DNA from: an uncultured Pelagibacteraceae bacterium
Lineage (GTDB): Bacteria > Pseudomonadota > Alphaproteobacteria > Pelagibacterales > Pelagibacteraceae
Reading direction: 5' to 3'
Length of the DNA stretch: 64,000 nucleotides
Assembly: GCA_902598425.1 (NCBI GenBank)
Contig: CACKBK010000003.1
Coordinates: 8,284 to 72,283 of the forward strand
The translations under genes and the position numbers were made by a program. This document shows, in pieces, positions 20,858 to 30,043 of the stretch. Below the pieces are notes generated by a model, which was given only the letters and a program-made list of their open reading frames with translations, was not told the DNA's origin and did no database searches. How positions within the stretch are numbered: position 1 is the first letter of the stretch; the number at the start of each line of letters is the position of its first letter.

Positions 20858-22300
20858 TTAATTTTTTTGTCTTCTTAAAAATGCCGGAATTTCGAAATCA
20901 TCTTCATCAAAATTATTATCAGCGTCTTCCTGGTTATTATCATCTGATCCATGATTAGCTTCAGATCCATCAAATAAATTTGGCTCATCATCAGCAAGTC
21001 CGAAATTTTCTAATCCGTTAGACTCGGAACCTTGATCTTTTGCTTCCTCAGTCAAAACTAGACTTTCCTCGCTATGATTCATCGAATTTTCTACAGCCCC
21101 TAAATCACTATTAATATTAATATTCTGATCAAGAATACTTTCATTGTCTATTTTTGGCTCATTAGAGCTTGGTAATGCCTCATCAACTTTTAACGCATTA
21201 GCACCACTCGTTGGTGTTGGTGCATTTGAATAATTAAAAGATTGTGAATTATGTAAGGTTGAGAAATCTGAATAACCTGGATTGCGATTTTGAATTCTAT
21301 GAACCATATTTATTACAGATTTAGACTCGGGCTGTTGTCCATCAAGAGCTGTTGCAACAATTGAAACTCTTACTTTGCCTTCTAGAGAATTGTCTGTTAC
21401 TGATCCAATTATAATTTCTGCAGCATGATCTACCTCATTTCTTATTTTATTAACAATTTCATCTGTTTCAAATAGAGTTAGATCTTCTCCTCCTGTTATG
21501 TTTATTAGCAAACCTCTCGCTCCTCTTAATGAATAATCATCAATTAACGGATTATTTAAAGCCATCTCTGTAGCTTTTAATGCCCTACCTTCACCTTCGG
21601 CTTCACCTGTTCCCATCATGGCTTTACCCATACGGCTCATTACTGTTTCAACATCTGCAAAATCTAAATTAATTAATCCTTGTTTAACCATTAAATCAGT
21701 TACACTTTGAACACCATGTCTAAGTACTCCATTTGAAAGTTTGAAAGACTCTTTTAATGTTGTTTTTTCATTTGCAACTTTGAAAAGGTTTTGGTTTGGA
21801 ATGACAATAATTGTATCTACATGTTTTCTTAGCTCTTCCAAGCCTTGTTGGCCTCTTCTCATTCTAGATGGAGCTTCATATAAAAAAGGAAGTGTGACTA
21901 CTCCAACTGTTAAAATATTCAATTCTTTAGATGCTCTCGCAATCACATGAGCTGCACCAGTTCCAGTTCCACCACCCATTCCTGCAGTAATAAAAACCAT
22001 GTTCGCGCCTTTCAATAAATCCATTATTTCATTTAACGACTCATCTGCAGCTGCCTGGCCGATCTCAACTTTAGCGCCTGCTCCAAGACCTTTTGTTAAA
22101 TTAAGACCTAATTGTACTTTTTGCTTGGCTTTGCTTGCTTTTAAATCTTGTGCGTCTGTGTTTACAGCAACAAATTCTACACCTTCTACTCCAGATTCTA
22201 TCATTTCATTGATAGCGTTTCCACCTGCTCCCCCAACTCCTAAAACTAAAATCCTTGGTTTTAATTCTTTTATATCTGGTGCTCTAAAATTTATTGTCAT
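20858..22300 (-). CDS. ftsZ: Cell division protein FtsZ
   Basis: [18 protein letters not shown] tubulin signature, INLDFADV, acidic linker, C-terminal EIPAFLRRQ; RBS GAGGGG upstream. Confidence 0.98.
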   Translation of the reverse strand: MTINFRAPDIKELKPRILVLGVGGAGGNAINEMIESGVEGVEFVAVNTDAQDLKASKAKQKVQLGLNLTKGLGAGAKVEIGQAAADESLNEIMDLLKGANMVFITAGMGGGTGTGAAHVIARASKELNILTVGVVTLPFLYEAPSRMRRGQQGLEELRKHVDTIIVIPNQNLFKVANEKTTLKESFKLSNGVLRHGVQSVTDLMVKQGLINLDFADVETVMSRMGKAMMGTGEAEGEGRALKATEMALNNPLIDDYSLRGARGLLINITGGEDLTLFETDEIVNKIRNEVDHAAEIIIGSVTDNSLEGKVRVSIVATALDGQQPESKSVINMVHRIQNRNPGYSDFSTLHNSQSFNYSNAPTPTSGANALKVDEALPSSNEPKIDNESILDQNININSDLGAVENSMNHSEESLVLTEEAKDQGSESNGLENFGLADDEPNLFDGSEANHGSDDNNQEDADNNFDEDDFEIPAFLRRQKN

Positions 22301-22485
22301 TAATCCCCTCTTTGTTTTTTATTGAGTTATAGTTTTTTTCAAGTTTATCGAAAGTATCGGTCCAAAATTCATATGCCCAAGTACCCTTGATAGTTTTTTT
22401 TCCATTGCGGTTAAACAATTGTTTTGTAGATTTTCTATCTTCTGCATTAAAATAATTTGTTCCATCTTTCTCATTATTTTTTCAC
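22284..22485 (-). CDS. Putative 66-aa hypothetical protein between mraZ and ftsZ (needs one base removed from the A6 run after its GTG)
   Basis: Stop-free frame [65 protein letters not shown] ending inside the ftsZ start region; not in the ORF track. Confidence 0.55.
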
Positions 22486-22930
22486 CCATCTCTTTCCATT
22501 TAAGGCTTGCTCTATTTATATTGGATTTTTTTCTTGCTTGTACCTTAAATTTTTCAAATGCTGTTGGCTCCCAAATTTGGAAAGTCTTTCCTTGACCAAC
22601 AAATAACATGTTATTTTTAATTTTAGCATGTTTTAATAGTTTTGGTGTTAAAGAAATTCTTCCTTCACTATCAAACTGTAAATTAATACTTTCAGATAAA
22701 ATTGATGTTGCAAAATAATCTTTTTTTTCCTCAAAAGGATTTAGTGCATCGATTGTATTTGAAATTTTTTCTATTCTATCTTGTGGCCAAGACTCTATAG
22801 ATTGATTATTAAATGAAGGAAAACAAATTATTCCATTGTACCCAAGATTTGATAAATATGATCTAAAAGGCGCTGGCACTGACACCCTCCCCTTTTTGTC
22901 TATATTGTTTTTGTAGGTCGATAAAAACAT
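22319..22930 (-). CDS. mraZ: Transcriptional regulator MraZ (203 aa as given; probably 151 aa ending at 22474 after correcting a homopolymer)
   Basis: Two SpoVT-AbrB motifs IDKKGRV and FDSEGRI, FQIWEP; head of the dcw cluster. Confidence 0.93.
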   Translation of the reverse strand: MFLSTYKNNIDKKGRVSVPAPFRSYLSNLGYNGIICFPSFNNQSIESWPQDRIEKISNTIDALNPFEEKKDYFATSILSESINLQFDSEGRISLTPKLLKHAKIKNNMLFVGQGKTFQIWEPTAFEKFKVQARKKSNINRASLKWKEMGEKIMRKMEQIILMQKIENLQNNCLTAMEKKLSRVLGHMNFGPILSINLKKTITQ

Positions 22931-22940
22931 AAAACATATT

Positions 22941-23003
22941 ATCCCTTATAATCCCATATTTGGGAATATATGGGAATATATGGGTTTTCAACCTACACGT
23001 CAA
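22941..23003 (-). promoter_or_regulatory. dcw/mraZ sigma70 promoter overlapped by MraZ boxes
   Basis: Minus strand TTGACG (23003-22998), 17 nt, TATATT (22980-22975); TGGG repeats at 10-bp spacing (22961, 22971, 22981) plus inverted copies ATCCC at 22941 and 22951. Confidence 0.75.
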
Positions 23004-23074
23004 TATAATAATTTTTAAACCAACCAACTTTTGGACTAGTTTAAATCTTATTTTTTAATGATTAAATTTTAATT

Positions 23075-23434
23075 TTGCTAGATAAACTATAAGCCGGGTT
23101 CTGTCTTTTAAACTTATCATTTATCTAGGCTTAAAATCACTTTTAAGCTCAAGCGACCAACCCTGATGACTAGCCAAAGACTGCTTTTAGTTATTAAACA
23201 ATGTCATCTCTATTTGGTCTTGCTCCCAGTGGGGTTTTCCATGCACTGACTGTTACCAGTTCAGCCGGTGTGCTCTTACCACACCTTTTCACCCTTGCCT
23301 CGTTAAGGCGGTTTGTTTTCTGTGGCACTATCCCTGAGGTTACCCTCGCCAGGAATTACCTGGCACTGTGTCTTTGCAGAGTCCGGACTTTCCTCTTTAA
23401 TATAAACTAAAGCGATAAGTCATTTATCTAGCAA
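23075..23434 (-). ncRNA. rnpB: RNase P RNA (bacterial type A)
   Basis: Minus strand has GAGGAAAGTCCGGACT, AGTGCCACAGAAAA, GGGTGAAAAGGTGTGGTAAGAGCACACC and ACAGAACCCGGCTTAT; terminal P1 pairing TTGCTAGATAAA/TTTATCTAGCAA. Confidence 0.97.
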
Positions 23435-23438
23435 TTCA

Positions 23439-23467
23439 TAAATACAAAAAATTTATCATATTTTCAA
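23439..23467 (-). promoter_or_regulatory. Putative rnpB promoter
   Basis: TTGAAA, 17 nt, TATTTA, ending a few nt before the RNase P RNA 5' end. Confidence 0.5.
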
Positions 23468-23474
23468 GAAAAAT

Positions 23475-24185
23475 TTACACTTTAATTAAGCTATCACTAA
23501 TTTTTAAGCACTCTTTATCAATTTTACCATTAACTAACTCTGGTCTAAACCTCATCTGAAATGCCCTTGTCATATAAAAAGTTTTACATCTTGGATAGCC
23601 AATTTTGGAAATATTTTTTAAAAATAAAAACTTCTCAAATTTATTACATTTTGCTTTTCTAAGTTTTTTTAAAATTTTATCATTTACTTTATGCCATAAA
23701 GATAGATTTTTCTTTGATAGTTTTTTCCAAGGAAATTTTTCTCCAGGATCTTTTTTTCTATCTGGAGCTATGTCAGAATGCCCAAGTATATTTTTAGTAC
23801 TAATTTTATAATTTTTTTTCAAATAAAACAAAAGACTGGTTAATGCATTTATTTGTTTTTTTTTATATTTTATATAAGCATGATTATGCCCTGGATTAGA
23901 TATCTCTATACCAATCGAGTGATTATTTATTAATTTTTTTTTGCGCCACATTGATTTTCCAGCATGCCAAGCGATATATTTATCTGGAACTAATTGAAGT
24001 ATTTTTCCGTCATATTTTATGAAATAATGACTACTAACCTCAGATTGAATATTAATCAATCTATTGATTGCTTCATTTTCTTTTTTCATTCCTGTGTAAT
24101 GGATAATCAAAAATTTGATACTTTTTTTATTTCTTTTAAATTTATTGAAATTTGGAGAGTATTTATAGGTAATTTTGGGTTGCAT
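23475..24185 (-). CDS. N-acetylmuramoyl-L-alanine amidase (Amidase_2, AmpD/AmiD family)
   Basis: IIHYT, VSSHY, AWHAG, SIGIEI, GHSDIAPDRKKDPG; C-terminal AFQMRFRP PG-binding-like tail. Confidence 0.92.
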   Translation of the reverse strand: MQPKITYKYSPNFNKFKRNKKSIKFLIIHYTGMKKENEAINRLINIQSEVSSHYFIKYDGKILQLVPDKYIAWHAGKSMWRKKKLINNHSIGIEISNPGHNHAYIKYKKKQINALTSLLFYLKKNYKISTKNILGHSDIAPDRKKDPGEKFPWKKLSKKNLSLWHKVNDKILKKLRKAKCNKFEKFLFLKNISKIGYPRCKTFYMTRAFQMRFRPELVNGKIDKECLKISDSLIKV

Positions 24186-24245
24186 TTTTACCTTTTTTTA
24201 AGTTTGTATTATATATATAACATTCATAAAAAAAATAATAATAAT

Positions 24246-25031
24246 ATGAAAAAGTTTATATTAACTTTTATAGTTTACATATTCAGCATCAACCTAGCTT
24301 TTTCGGGAGCTGATGGAGTAAATAATCTTTCTAAAAAAAAAGGCGAGGTAAAAGATTGTTTTGAAAGAGTTAATAGAGCTACATTTGCTTTTAACCAAGG
24401 TTTAGATAATGCAATTTTTGAACCTTTGGCAAAAGGGTATAGAAAATTACCAAATCCAATAAGAAAAGGGACTAGCAACGTTTTGAGTAACTTATCAAAT
24501 TTAATTACTATACCTAATAATGTGCTTCAAGGTGATTTTAAAACTGCAGGAATTAATACCGCTAGACTTGCGGTTAATACCACAGTTGGAATTTTTGGAA
24601 TTTTTGATGCAGCATCACAGATGGGATTTATAAAAAGTTATAAAAAGGAGGACTACGGCCAAACTTTAGGGTCGTGGGGCGTAGGTGAAGGATGTTATTT
24701 AGTATTACCAATTTTAGGTCCATCAACAGTTAGGGATCTATCTGGAAGTATTATTAATGTTATTGGAGGAGATCCTTGGTATAACGTAACAGTTAGAAAT
24801 GATACCCAATACTTCAAAGACTCTGACTACTTTATTTCTAGAGGAGGCGATGGAGTAGATTTTAGATCGAAAAATATTGATTCATTCGAAAATCTTGAAA
24901 AAAATTCAATGGACTTTTATGCATCTGTAAGGAGTTTATATATTCAGGATAGAAGAAAAAAAATATTAAATTCAGATAACATTACTGAAACACAAGATGA
25001 TAGTGATTGGGATGAACTTCAGTCTAACTGA
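24246..25031 (+). CDS. mlaA: MlaA/VacJ family phospholipid asymmetry protein
   Basis: DCFERVNR, NTTVGIFGIFD, EDYGQTLGSWG, YLVLPILGPSTVRD; real start ATG 24246 with signal peptide. Confidence 0.92.
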   Translation: MKKFILTFIVYIFSINLAFSGADGVNNLSKKKGEVKDCFERVNRATFAFNQGLDNAIFEPLAKGYRKLPNPIRKGTSNVLSNLSNLITIPNNVLQGDFKTAGINTARLAVNTTVGIFGIFDAASQMGFIKSYKKEDYGQTLGSWGVGEGCYLVLPILGPSTVRDLSGSIINVIGGDPWYNVTVRNDTQYFKDSDYFISRGGDGVDFRSKNIDSFENLEKNSMDFYASVRSLYIQDRRKKILNSDNITETQDDSDWDELQSN

Positions 25032-25042
25032 CCATTTTTCAA

Positions 25043-25639
25043 ATGTTGAAAGATAAAATTAAATTTCTCATAATTTTAATATCTTTTTTTATAATACCCA
25101 AAAACTCTTTTTCAATTGAACCAAATATTTTTGTTCAGTCTACTGTAAACAGAGCATCTCAAATATTAAGCGATGATATTTCAAAAAGTGAAAAAATTGA
25201 AAAATTAAAACAAGTCGCCAATGATACCGTTGATATAAAAGGAATAGGCTTTTATACTCTAGGAAAATACAGAAAAGAACTGAGTGATATTCAAAAAGAA
25301 AAATATAACGAATTATTTAAAACCTACTTTCTAAAAAGTTTTTCAAGCAGACTTGCTGAATATACTAATCCTAAAATAGATGTTCAATCTCAAGAAAAAT
25401 TAAGTGAAAATTATACCATTGTATCAAGTATTTTAGTTGCTACTGAAACTAGGCCAGAGGTAAAAATTCAATGGAGAATTTATACAAAAAATCCAGATAA
25501 GCCTATGATTAGAGATTTAATAATTGAGGGCCTAAGTTTAGCTAGAACTCAGAAAGAGGAATTTGGTTCAATAATTCAGAGTAACGATGGAAATATAGAT
25601 TCATTATTTTCAAGTTTAAAAAAATTTATCGACAATTAG
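25043..25639 (+). CDS. mlaC: MlaC/Ttg2D phospholipid-binding periplasmic protein
   Basis: Signal peptide, LGKY, DLIIEGLSL..TQKEEF; follows mlaA. Confidence 0.88.
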   Translation: MLKDKIKFLIILISFFIIPKNSFSIEPNIFVQSTVNRASQILSDDISKSEKIEKLKQVANDTVDIKGIGFYTLGKYRKELSDIQKEKYNELFKTYFLKSFSSRLAEYTNPKIDVQSQEKLSENYTIVSSILVATETRPEVKIQWRIYTKNPDKPMIRDLIIEGLSLARTQKEEFGSIIQSNDGNIDSLFSSLKKFIDN

Positions 25640-25655
25640 CTGTTAATTATTTGCA

Positions 25656-26813
25656 ATGACAATAAAAAGTAGGTTTCTTTACTTAATTATTTTATTTTGT
25701 CTAGTATTCCAAATTTCGAAATTTTATAGTTTTTATACTGAGTACTCTGCATGGCAGTACGTTGACTGGCTAATTAATTATCAAGGTGGTTTTGTAAGAA
25801 GAGGTTTAATAGGTGAATTTTTATTCCAAATTCACAATATTATTAATTTTGATCTTGATATATTAATTTTTTCTTTTGTATCTTTTTTATATTTGATAGT
25901 TTCTTTTTTTTTAATTAAGACAATTAAATATTTAGAAAATTCCCAATTAAATACATTGATTTTCCTGTCACCTGGTTTTTTTTTATATCCGATAATGAAT
26001 TCAGAAGTAATTGGACGAAAAGATATACTTTTTTTGCTAGTTATTGCTTTTTTTGTTTTTTTCCAAAAAAGATTAAATAACAGAAATTTATTTATTGTTC
26101 TGATTTTATTAGTTTTTTTTCTATCTCTTTCACATTCAATTTTTTTATTTTATGCACCTTACTTATTTTTTTTGTTTTTTTTGATTAAATCAACTAGAAA
26201 AACAAAAGTTAGTTTTACTGAAATAATAATTTTTTTAATCTTTTTATTCATTATTTTTTTTCTTATTTACTTTAATCAAGGTAATGAATTTATAGTTTCG
26301 AAAATATGCAACTCGGTTCAAGATTTTGTAACTTCGGATTGTGAGACCCGTGGACAGATGTTTTGGCTTGGAAATGATGCAAAATCACACATATCTGTTC
26401 AAGAGGTAAGTTATCGTAATTTTTTAATTTATCTGTTTTCTATAATTCTAGTTTATTTTTTTATTTTTATTAAATTTTATAATTCAAAATTTAAAATTAA
26501 GTACCTTAATATTCATAAATTCAATCCAGTATTTATATTGTTAATTTTATTTGTATTTACTTTACCTGTTTACTATCTTGGATCTGACTGGGGAAGATAT
26601 ATATCTTTATCTTTCTATGGATCATTCTTTATTTTTATTTTTTGTATGAAAGAGAAACTTTTTTTAAAAGATTATGAAATAAGATTTAATAAAATTTTTT
26701 TTATATTGCTAATTATTATTTATAGTTTTTCTTGGACATTTCCTTTCTATCATGCTGAACAAATTAAATTTACGTTTAAAAAACCTATTTTGAAAATCGT
26801 TGAAATTTTTTAA
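25656..26813 (+). CDS. Polytopic membrane protein of unknown function (possible GT-C-type surface-glycan enzyme)
   Basis: About 10 hydrophobic segments; loop motif DWLINYQGGFVRRGLIGE, GRKD, DWGRY. Confidence 0.7.
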   Translation: MTIKSRFLYLIILFCLVFQISKFYSFYTEYSAWQYVDWLINYQGGFVRRGLIGEFLFQIHNIINFDLDILIFSFVSFLYLIVSFFLIKTIKYLENSQLNTLIFLSPGFFLYPIMNSEVIGRKDILFLLVIAFFVFFQKRLNNRNLFIVLILLVFFLSLSHSIFLFYAPYLFFLFFLIKSTRKTKVSFTEIIIFLIFLFIIFFLIYFNQGNEFIVSKICNSVQDFVTSDCETRGQMFWLGNDAKSHISVQEVSYRNFLIYLFSIILVYFFIFIKFYNSKFKIKYLNIHKFNPVFILLILFVFTLPVYYLGSDWGRYISLSFYGSFFIFIFCMKEKLFLKDYEIRFNKIFFILLIIIYSFSWTFPFYHAEQIKFTFKKPILKIVEIF

Positions 26814-26890
26814 TGGTGGGCCCGCCAGGACTCGAACCTGGGACCAATACATTATGAGTGTACTGCTCTAACCAACTGAGCTACAGGCCC
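26814..26890 (-). tRNA. tRNA-Ile2 (anticodon CAT, lysidine-modified type)
   Basis: Reverse complement GGGCCTGTAGCTCAGTTGGTTAGAGCAGTACACT-CAT-AATGTATTGGTCCCAGGTTCGAGTCCTGGCGGGCCCACCA; paired G1-C72 and no initiator GGG/CCC anticodon stem; lies downstream of rpoD like ileX. Confidence 0.92.
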
Positions 26891-26902
26891 AAATTGAATG
26901 AA

Positions 26903-26931
26903 TGAATACAATATTTATACTAACTAATCAA
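26903..26931 (-). promoter_or_regulatory. Putative tRNA promoter
   Basis: TTGATT, 17 nt, TATTCA on the minus strand 12 nt upstream of the tRNA. Confidence 0.45.
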
Positions 26932-27014
26932 TAAATGTAAATTTATCTAAATTTAAAAAAATATTGATTTATTCTAGTTATAGTAGATAGTAGAAATTCA
27001 ATACTAAAGTACTT

Positions 27015-27701
27015 ATGGAAACAATATCAATAAATGATCTAAAAAATTTTGAAATTGATATCTCTTTAACAAATTTAGTAATTTCGCTTCTCACAAGTAT
27101 TGTATGTGCTTATGTAATCAAAATTATTTATCTTAAATATGCAAAAACTTTAAATAATAAAGAAAATTTTTCTGATGTTTTCATTTTGCTATCAATTACT
27201 ACTACAATAGTAATTACTGTGGTAAAATTTTCCTTAGCTCTTTCCCTTGGATTAGTTGGGGCTTTATCAATTGTTAGATTTAGAGCAGCAATAAAAGAAC
27301 CTGAGGAATTAGTATATTTATTTATGATTATTGGAATTGGTTTAGCCTCTGGTTCAGCCCAATTTGAAGTGGCTTTTATATTAACTGGCGCCGCTTTTGT
27401 AATAATTTTTATAAGTGATAAATTTAGTAAAAAAAAAATTACTTTCAATTCTGAGATACTCAATATTGACATTAGTAAAAATGATTATGATGCTTTTAGT
27501 GAAAAATTAAAAAATGTTTCAGCTAAAAATAAAATAGAAATTGAACTTAAATCCTTAAATAAACAGGACGAAAAATTTCATATTGTATACATTGTTAAAA
27601 ATTTATACGAAACTGATAAAGCTGAAATATTAATAAATGAATTAAAAAAAATTGATAATTTAAATTTTGCACTTTCAAAAGATATTCATTTACCACTTTA
27701 A
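27015..27701 (+). CDS. DUF4956 family membrane protein
   Basis: Signature SLALSLGLVGALSIVRFRAAIKEPEELVYLF..IGIGLA.G; 4-5 TMs plus a small soluble C-terminal domain. Confidence 0.88.
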   Translation: METISINDLKNFEIDISLTNLVISLLTSIVCAYVIKIIYLKYAKTLNNKENFSDVFILLSITTTIVITVVKFSLALSLGLVGALSIVRFRAAIKEPEELVYLFMIIGIGLASGSAQFEVAFILTGAAFVIIFISDKFSKKKITFNSEILNIDISKNDYDAFSEKLKNVSAKNKIEIELKSLNKQDEKFHIVYIVKNLYETDKAEILINELKKIDNLNFALSKDIHLPL

Positions 27702-30041
27702 ATGCATATGAATTTTAAAAGCGTCTATATATTCACAAAAAATATTTTATCATTAATTGGTGGTTTATTTATTTTATTTGTTATTTTGCTTTTATTTTTT
27801 GGGGAGTCATCTAAACAAAGGCGAGATACTATATTTAACACTATCGACTCTTTTATTGGGTTGGGACCTAAATATGATGGTTTTATAGCTAATACACCAA
27901 AAAAATATTTTAAAGTTTTTTACTTAAATATAAAAAATAAATTTACAAAATTTGATTATCCTTCTGTATATCTTGAAATTAATTTAAGAAATCTTAAAAA
28001 ACTTGATTTTGATAGAAAAAAAAAATTTACAGATGATAATTTTGATCCAGATTATGTGAATGCTGTATTAAAAATTTCTGATCCAGAAAAACCAGAGGAA
28101 TATAAAAATATAAAAGTAAAATTAAAACCGAAAGGTGACAGGGAATTGCATTTTATGAACCTTGATTCTATGTCTTACAAAGTTGATGTAAGAGGAAATA
28201 AAAAATTTGTTTTTGGAATGGAGGAAATGTCTATTCAGAAACCTATAGTAAGAAATTATAGTTGGGAGATACTTTTTCATGATTTGTTAAAAGAAGAAGG
28301 AATTATTGGCTTGGATATTGTGCCAATAAAATTTTTTAGAAATGGTGAATACCTGGGAATTTTTGTAATTGAGGAAAGCTTTAGTAAAGAACTTTTAGAG
28401 AAGCAAAACAGAAAGTCAGGACCAATTATCACTATTAATAATAATATTAATCATATTTTCCCTAATCTCGATTTCAAATTTTATTCTGAAAATTATTGGC
28501 TTAATAAAAAAAAAGATTTTTTTTATAAATCAAAAAACAATCTTGAAAATTTAAAAATCAATTTTGATAAAGAAAATTTTAATTTGTCTGATTATTTTGA
28601 TATAGAAAAGTGGGCTAAATATTTTGCAATAATCGATCTTTTAAAAATGTACCATGGTGCATCGATAAAATCTGTAAAGCTATTTTATAATCCAACAACA
28701 GGTTTGATTGAACCCATTGGGTATGATGGTCATTTTGGCTCAGGTTATGATAATTTTGCATTTTTAGATTTGATCTATGATCCTGATTTTTATTGTGGAT
28801 GGATTTGTACATCTGATAAAAATTGGCTAAATTTATTTTTTGACGTAAAAAATACTAAATTTATTAAAATCTACCTTCAAAATTTAAAAAAATTCACTTC
28901 AGAGGAATATAAAAACAAAATTGAAAAACACTTACAAACAAAAATTAATAATATAAATAATTTCTTCTATTCTGAGTATCACAGCTCTGATAGAGTTTGG
29001 TATAAAGGTCCATTACCTTACTATTTTGATATAAACGTGATTTTTAATAGACAAGACGCTTTAATTAATAAAATTGAATTTATTGAAAATTATTTGGAAA
29101 GTATAAATAAAAAAGATTTTGCTAAAGAAAATCAAAATATTATTATATTTGACGAATATAAATCTAACGAAGAAATTCAAGATCAATTAAGTAATGAAAA
29201 AATATATTTATCTAAAGGTTTTTGGATACTTGAAAATTTAAAACTTGTTGATAAAGAAATTTTTTTAGAAGACGGCACAATAGTAATCCTTAAAGGAGAA
29301 AACTCTTTTGTAGGAAAAAATAAAGTTTTTAAATTAACTGGATCTGGAATGTTGACTCAATTAGACGGAAAAATTAATATTTCAAATGTAAAATTTAGCA
29401 AAATCAAAAATATTCAAATAGATGGTTTAAATTGGTCAGGTGCATTAAATTTGATCAATGCAAAAGTATCAATAGATAATACAGAAATTTTTGATAATTT
29501 TGGGGAGGATGCAATAAATATTGTGGGAAGTAATTCTTATATAAATAATTTAGTTGTTCATAATGCTTATAGTGATTCAATTGATATTGATTTTGGTGAA
29601 CTTGAGTTTGGTAAAATAGTATGCAGAACCTCTGGAAATGATTGTTTAGATACCTCTGGAGCCTCTGTGTCCGGAGATTTTTTATTTGGTGAAAATATAG
29701 AAGATAAACTTGGAAGCTTCGGAGAAAACTCAAAAATTGTAATAAAAAAAGTTGAGGGAAAAAATGTGAATTTAGGTGTCGTTGCAAAAGATGGTTCGAA
29801 ATCTATAATTGAAAATTTAGCCCTTGAAAACTCAGAAATACTTGCCGCATCATACAAAAAGAAATATTTTTTTGGAGAGTCTAATTTAAAAATTAGGAAT
29901 ATAGTTTTCAGCGAAAATTATGAAGAAGCAAGTGATAAAATTTTGTTATCTAAACCTAACAAAATTTTTATTAATAACATTCAATTTGAAAAATTTGTTA
30001 AAAATAAAAAAATTTTAGAAAAAATATATATTGGTGGTTAG
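27702..30041 (+). CDS. CotH kinase family protein with N-terminal membrane anchor and C-terminal right-handed beta-helix
   Basis: KLKPKGD, SYKVD, RNY..E, NGEYLGIFVIEE, DIEKWAKY, FYNP..GLIEPIGYD; C-terminal D-rich repeats DAINIV, DSIDIDF, DCLDTSG, DKLGSFGE, GVVAKD. Confidence 0.8.
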   Translation: MHMNFKSVYIFTKNILSLIGGLFILFVILLLFFGESSKQRRDTIFNTIDSFIGLGPKYDGFIANTPKKYFKVFYLNIKNKFTKFDYPSVYLEINLRNLKKLDFDRKKKFTDDNFDPDYVNAVLKISDPEKPEEYKNIKVKLKPKGDRELHFMNLDSMSYKVDVRGNKKFVFGMEEMSIQKPIVRNYSWEILFHDLLKEEGIIGLDIVPIKFFRNGEYLGIFVIEESFSKELLEKQNRKSGPIITINNNINHIFPNLDFKFYSENYWLNKKKDFFYKSKNNLENLKINFDKENFNLSDYFDIEKWAKYFAIIDLLKMYHGASIKSVKLFYNPTTGLIEPIGYDGHFGSGYDNFAFLDLIYDPDFYCGWICTSDKNWLNLFFDVKNTKFIKIYLQNLKKFTSEEYKNKIEKHLQTKINNINNFFYSEYHSSDRVWYKGPLPYYFDINVIFNRQDALINKIEFIENYLESINKKDFAKENQNIIIFDEYKSNEEIQDQLSNEKIYLSKGFWILENLKLVDKEIFLEDGTIVILKGENSFVGKNKVFKLTGSGMLTQLDGKINISNVKFSKIKNIQIDGLNWSGALNLINAKVSIDNTEIFDNFGEDAINIVGSNSYINNLVVHNAYSDSIDIDFGELEFGKIVCRTSGNDCLDTSGASVSGDFLFGENIEDKLGSFGENSKIVIKKVEGKNVNLGVVAKDGSKSIIENLALENSEILAASYKKKYFFGESNLKIRNIVFSENYEEASDKILLSKPNKIFINNIQFEKFVKNKKILEKIYIGG

Positions 30042-30043
30042 TA

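Noticed and set aside
22319-22473. 52-aa C-terminal extension of MraZ as a novel domain
   Set aside because: Better explained by a +1 homopolymer shift; the alternative frame gives a more plausible separate ORF
22941-22990. CRISPR-like or microsatellite repeat
   Set aside because: Only 10-bp units with no spacers and no cas genes; matches an MraZ operator
23201-23410. 69-aa ORF on the + strand
   Set aside because: Antisense to the RNase P RNA; a well-known shadow ORF
23994-24245. N-terminal extension of the mlaA ORF overlapping the amidase
   Set aside because: The real start is ATG 24246 with a signal peptide; the extension is antisense to the amidase gene
26814-26890. tRNA-Met assignment from the CAT anticodon
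   Set aside because: No initiator features; acceptor stem, overall sequence and position near rpoD fit tRNA-Ile2
26936-26956. Possible Pho box upstream of the DUF4956-CotH-VTC operon
   Set aside because: The TAAATTTA repeat has a 10-bp period and lacks the GTCA core of 11-bp PhoB repeats; likely AT-rich noise
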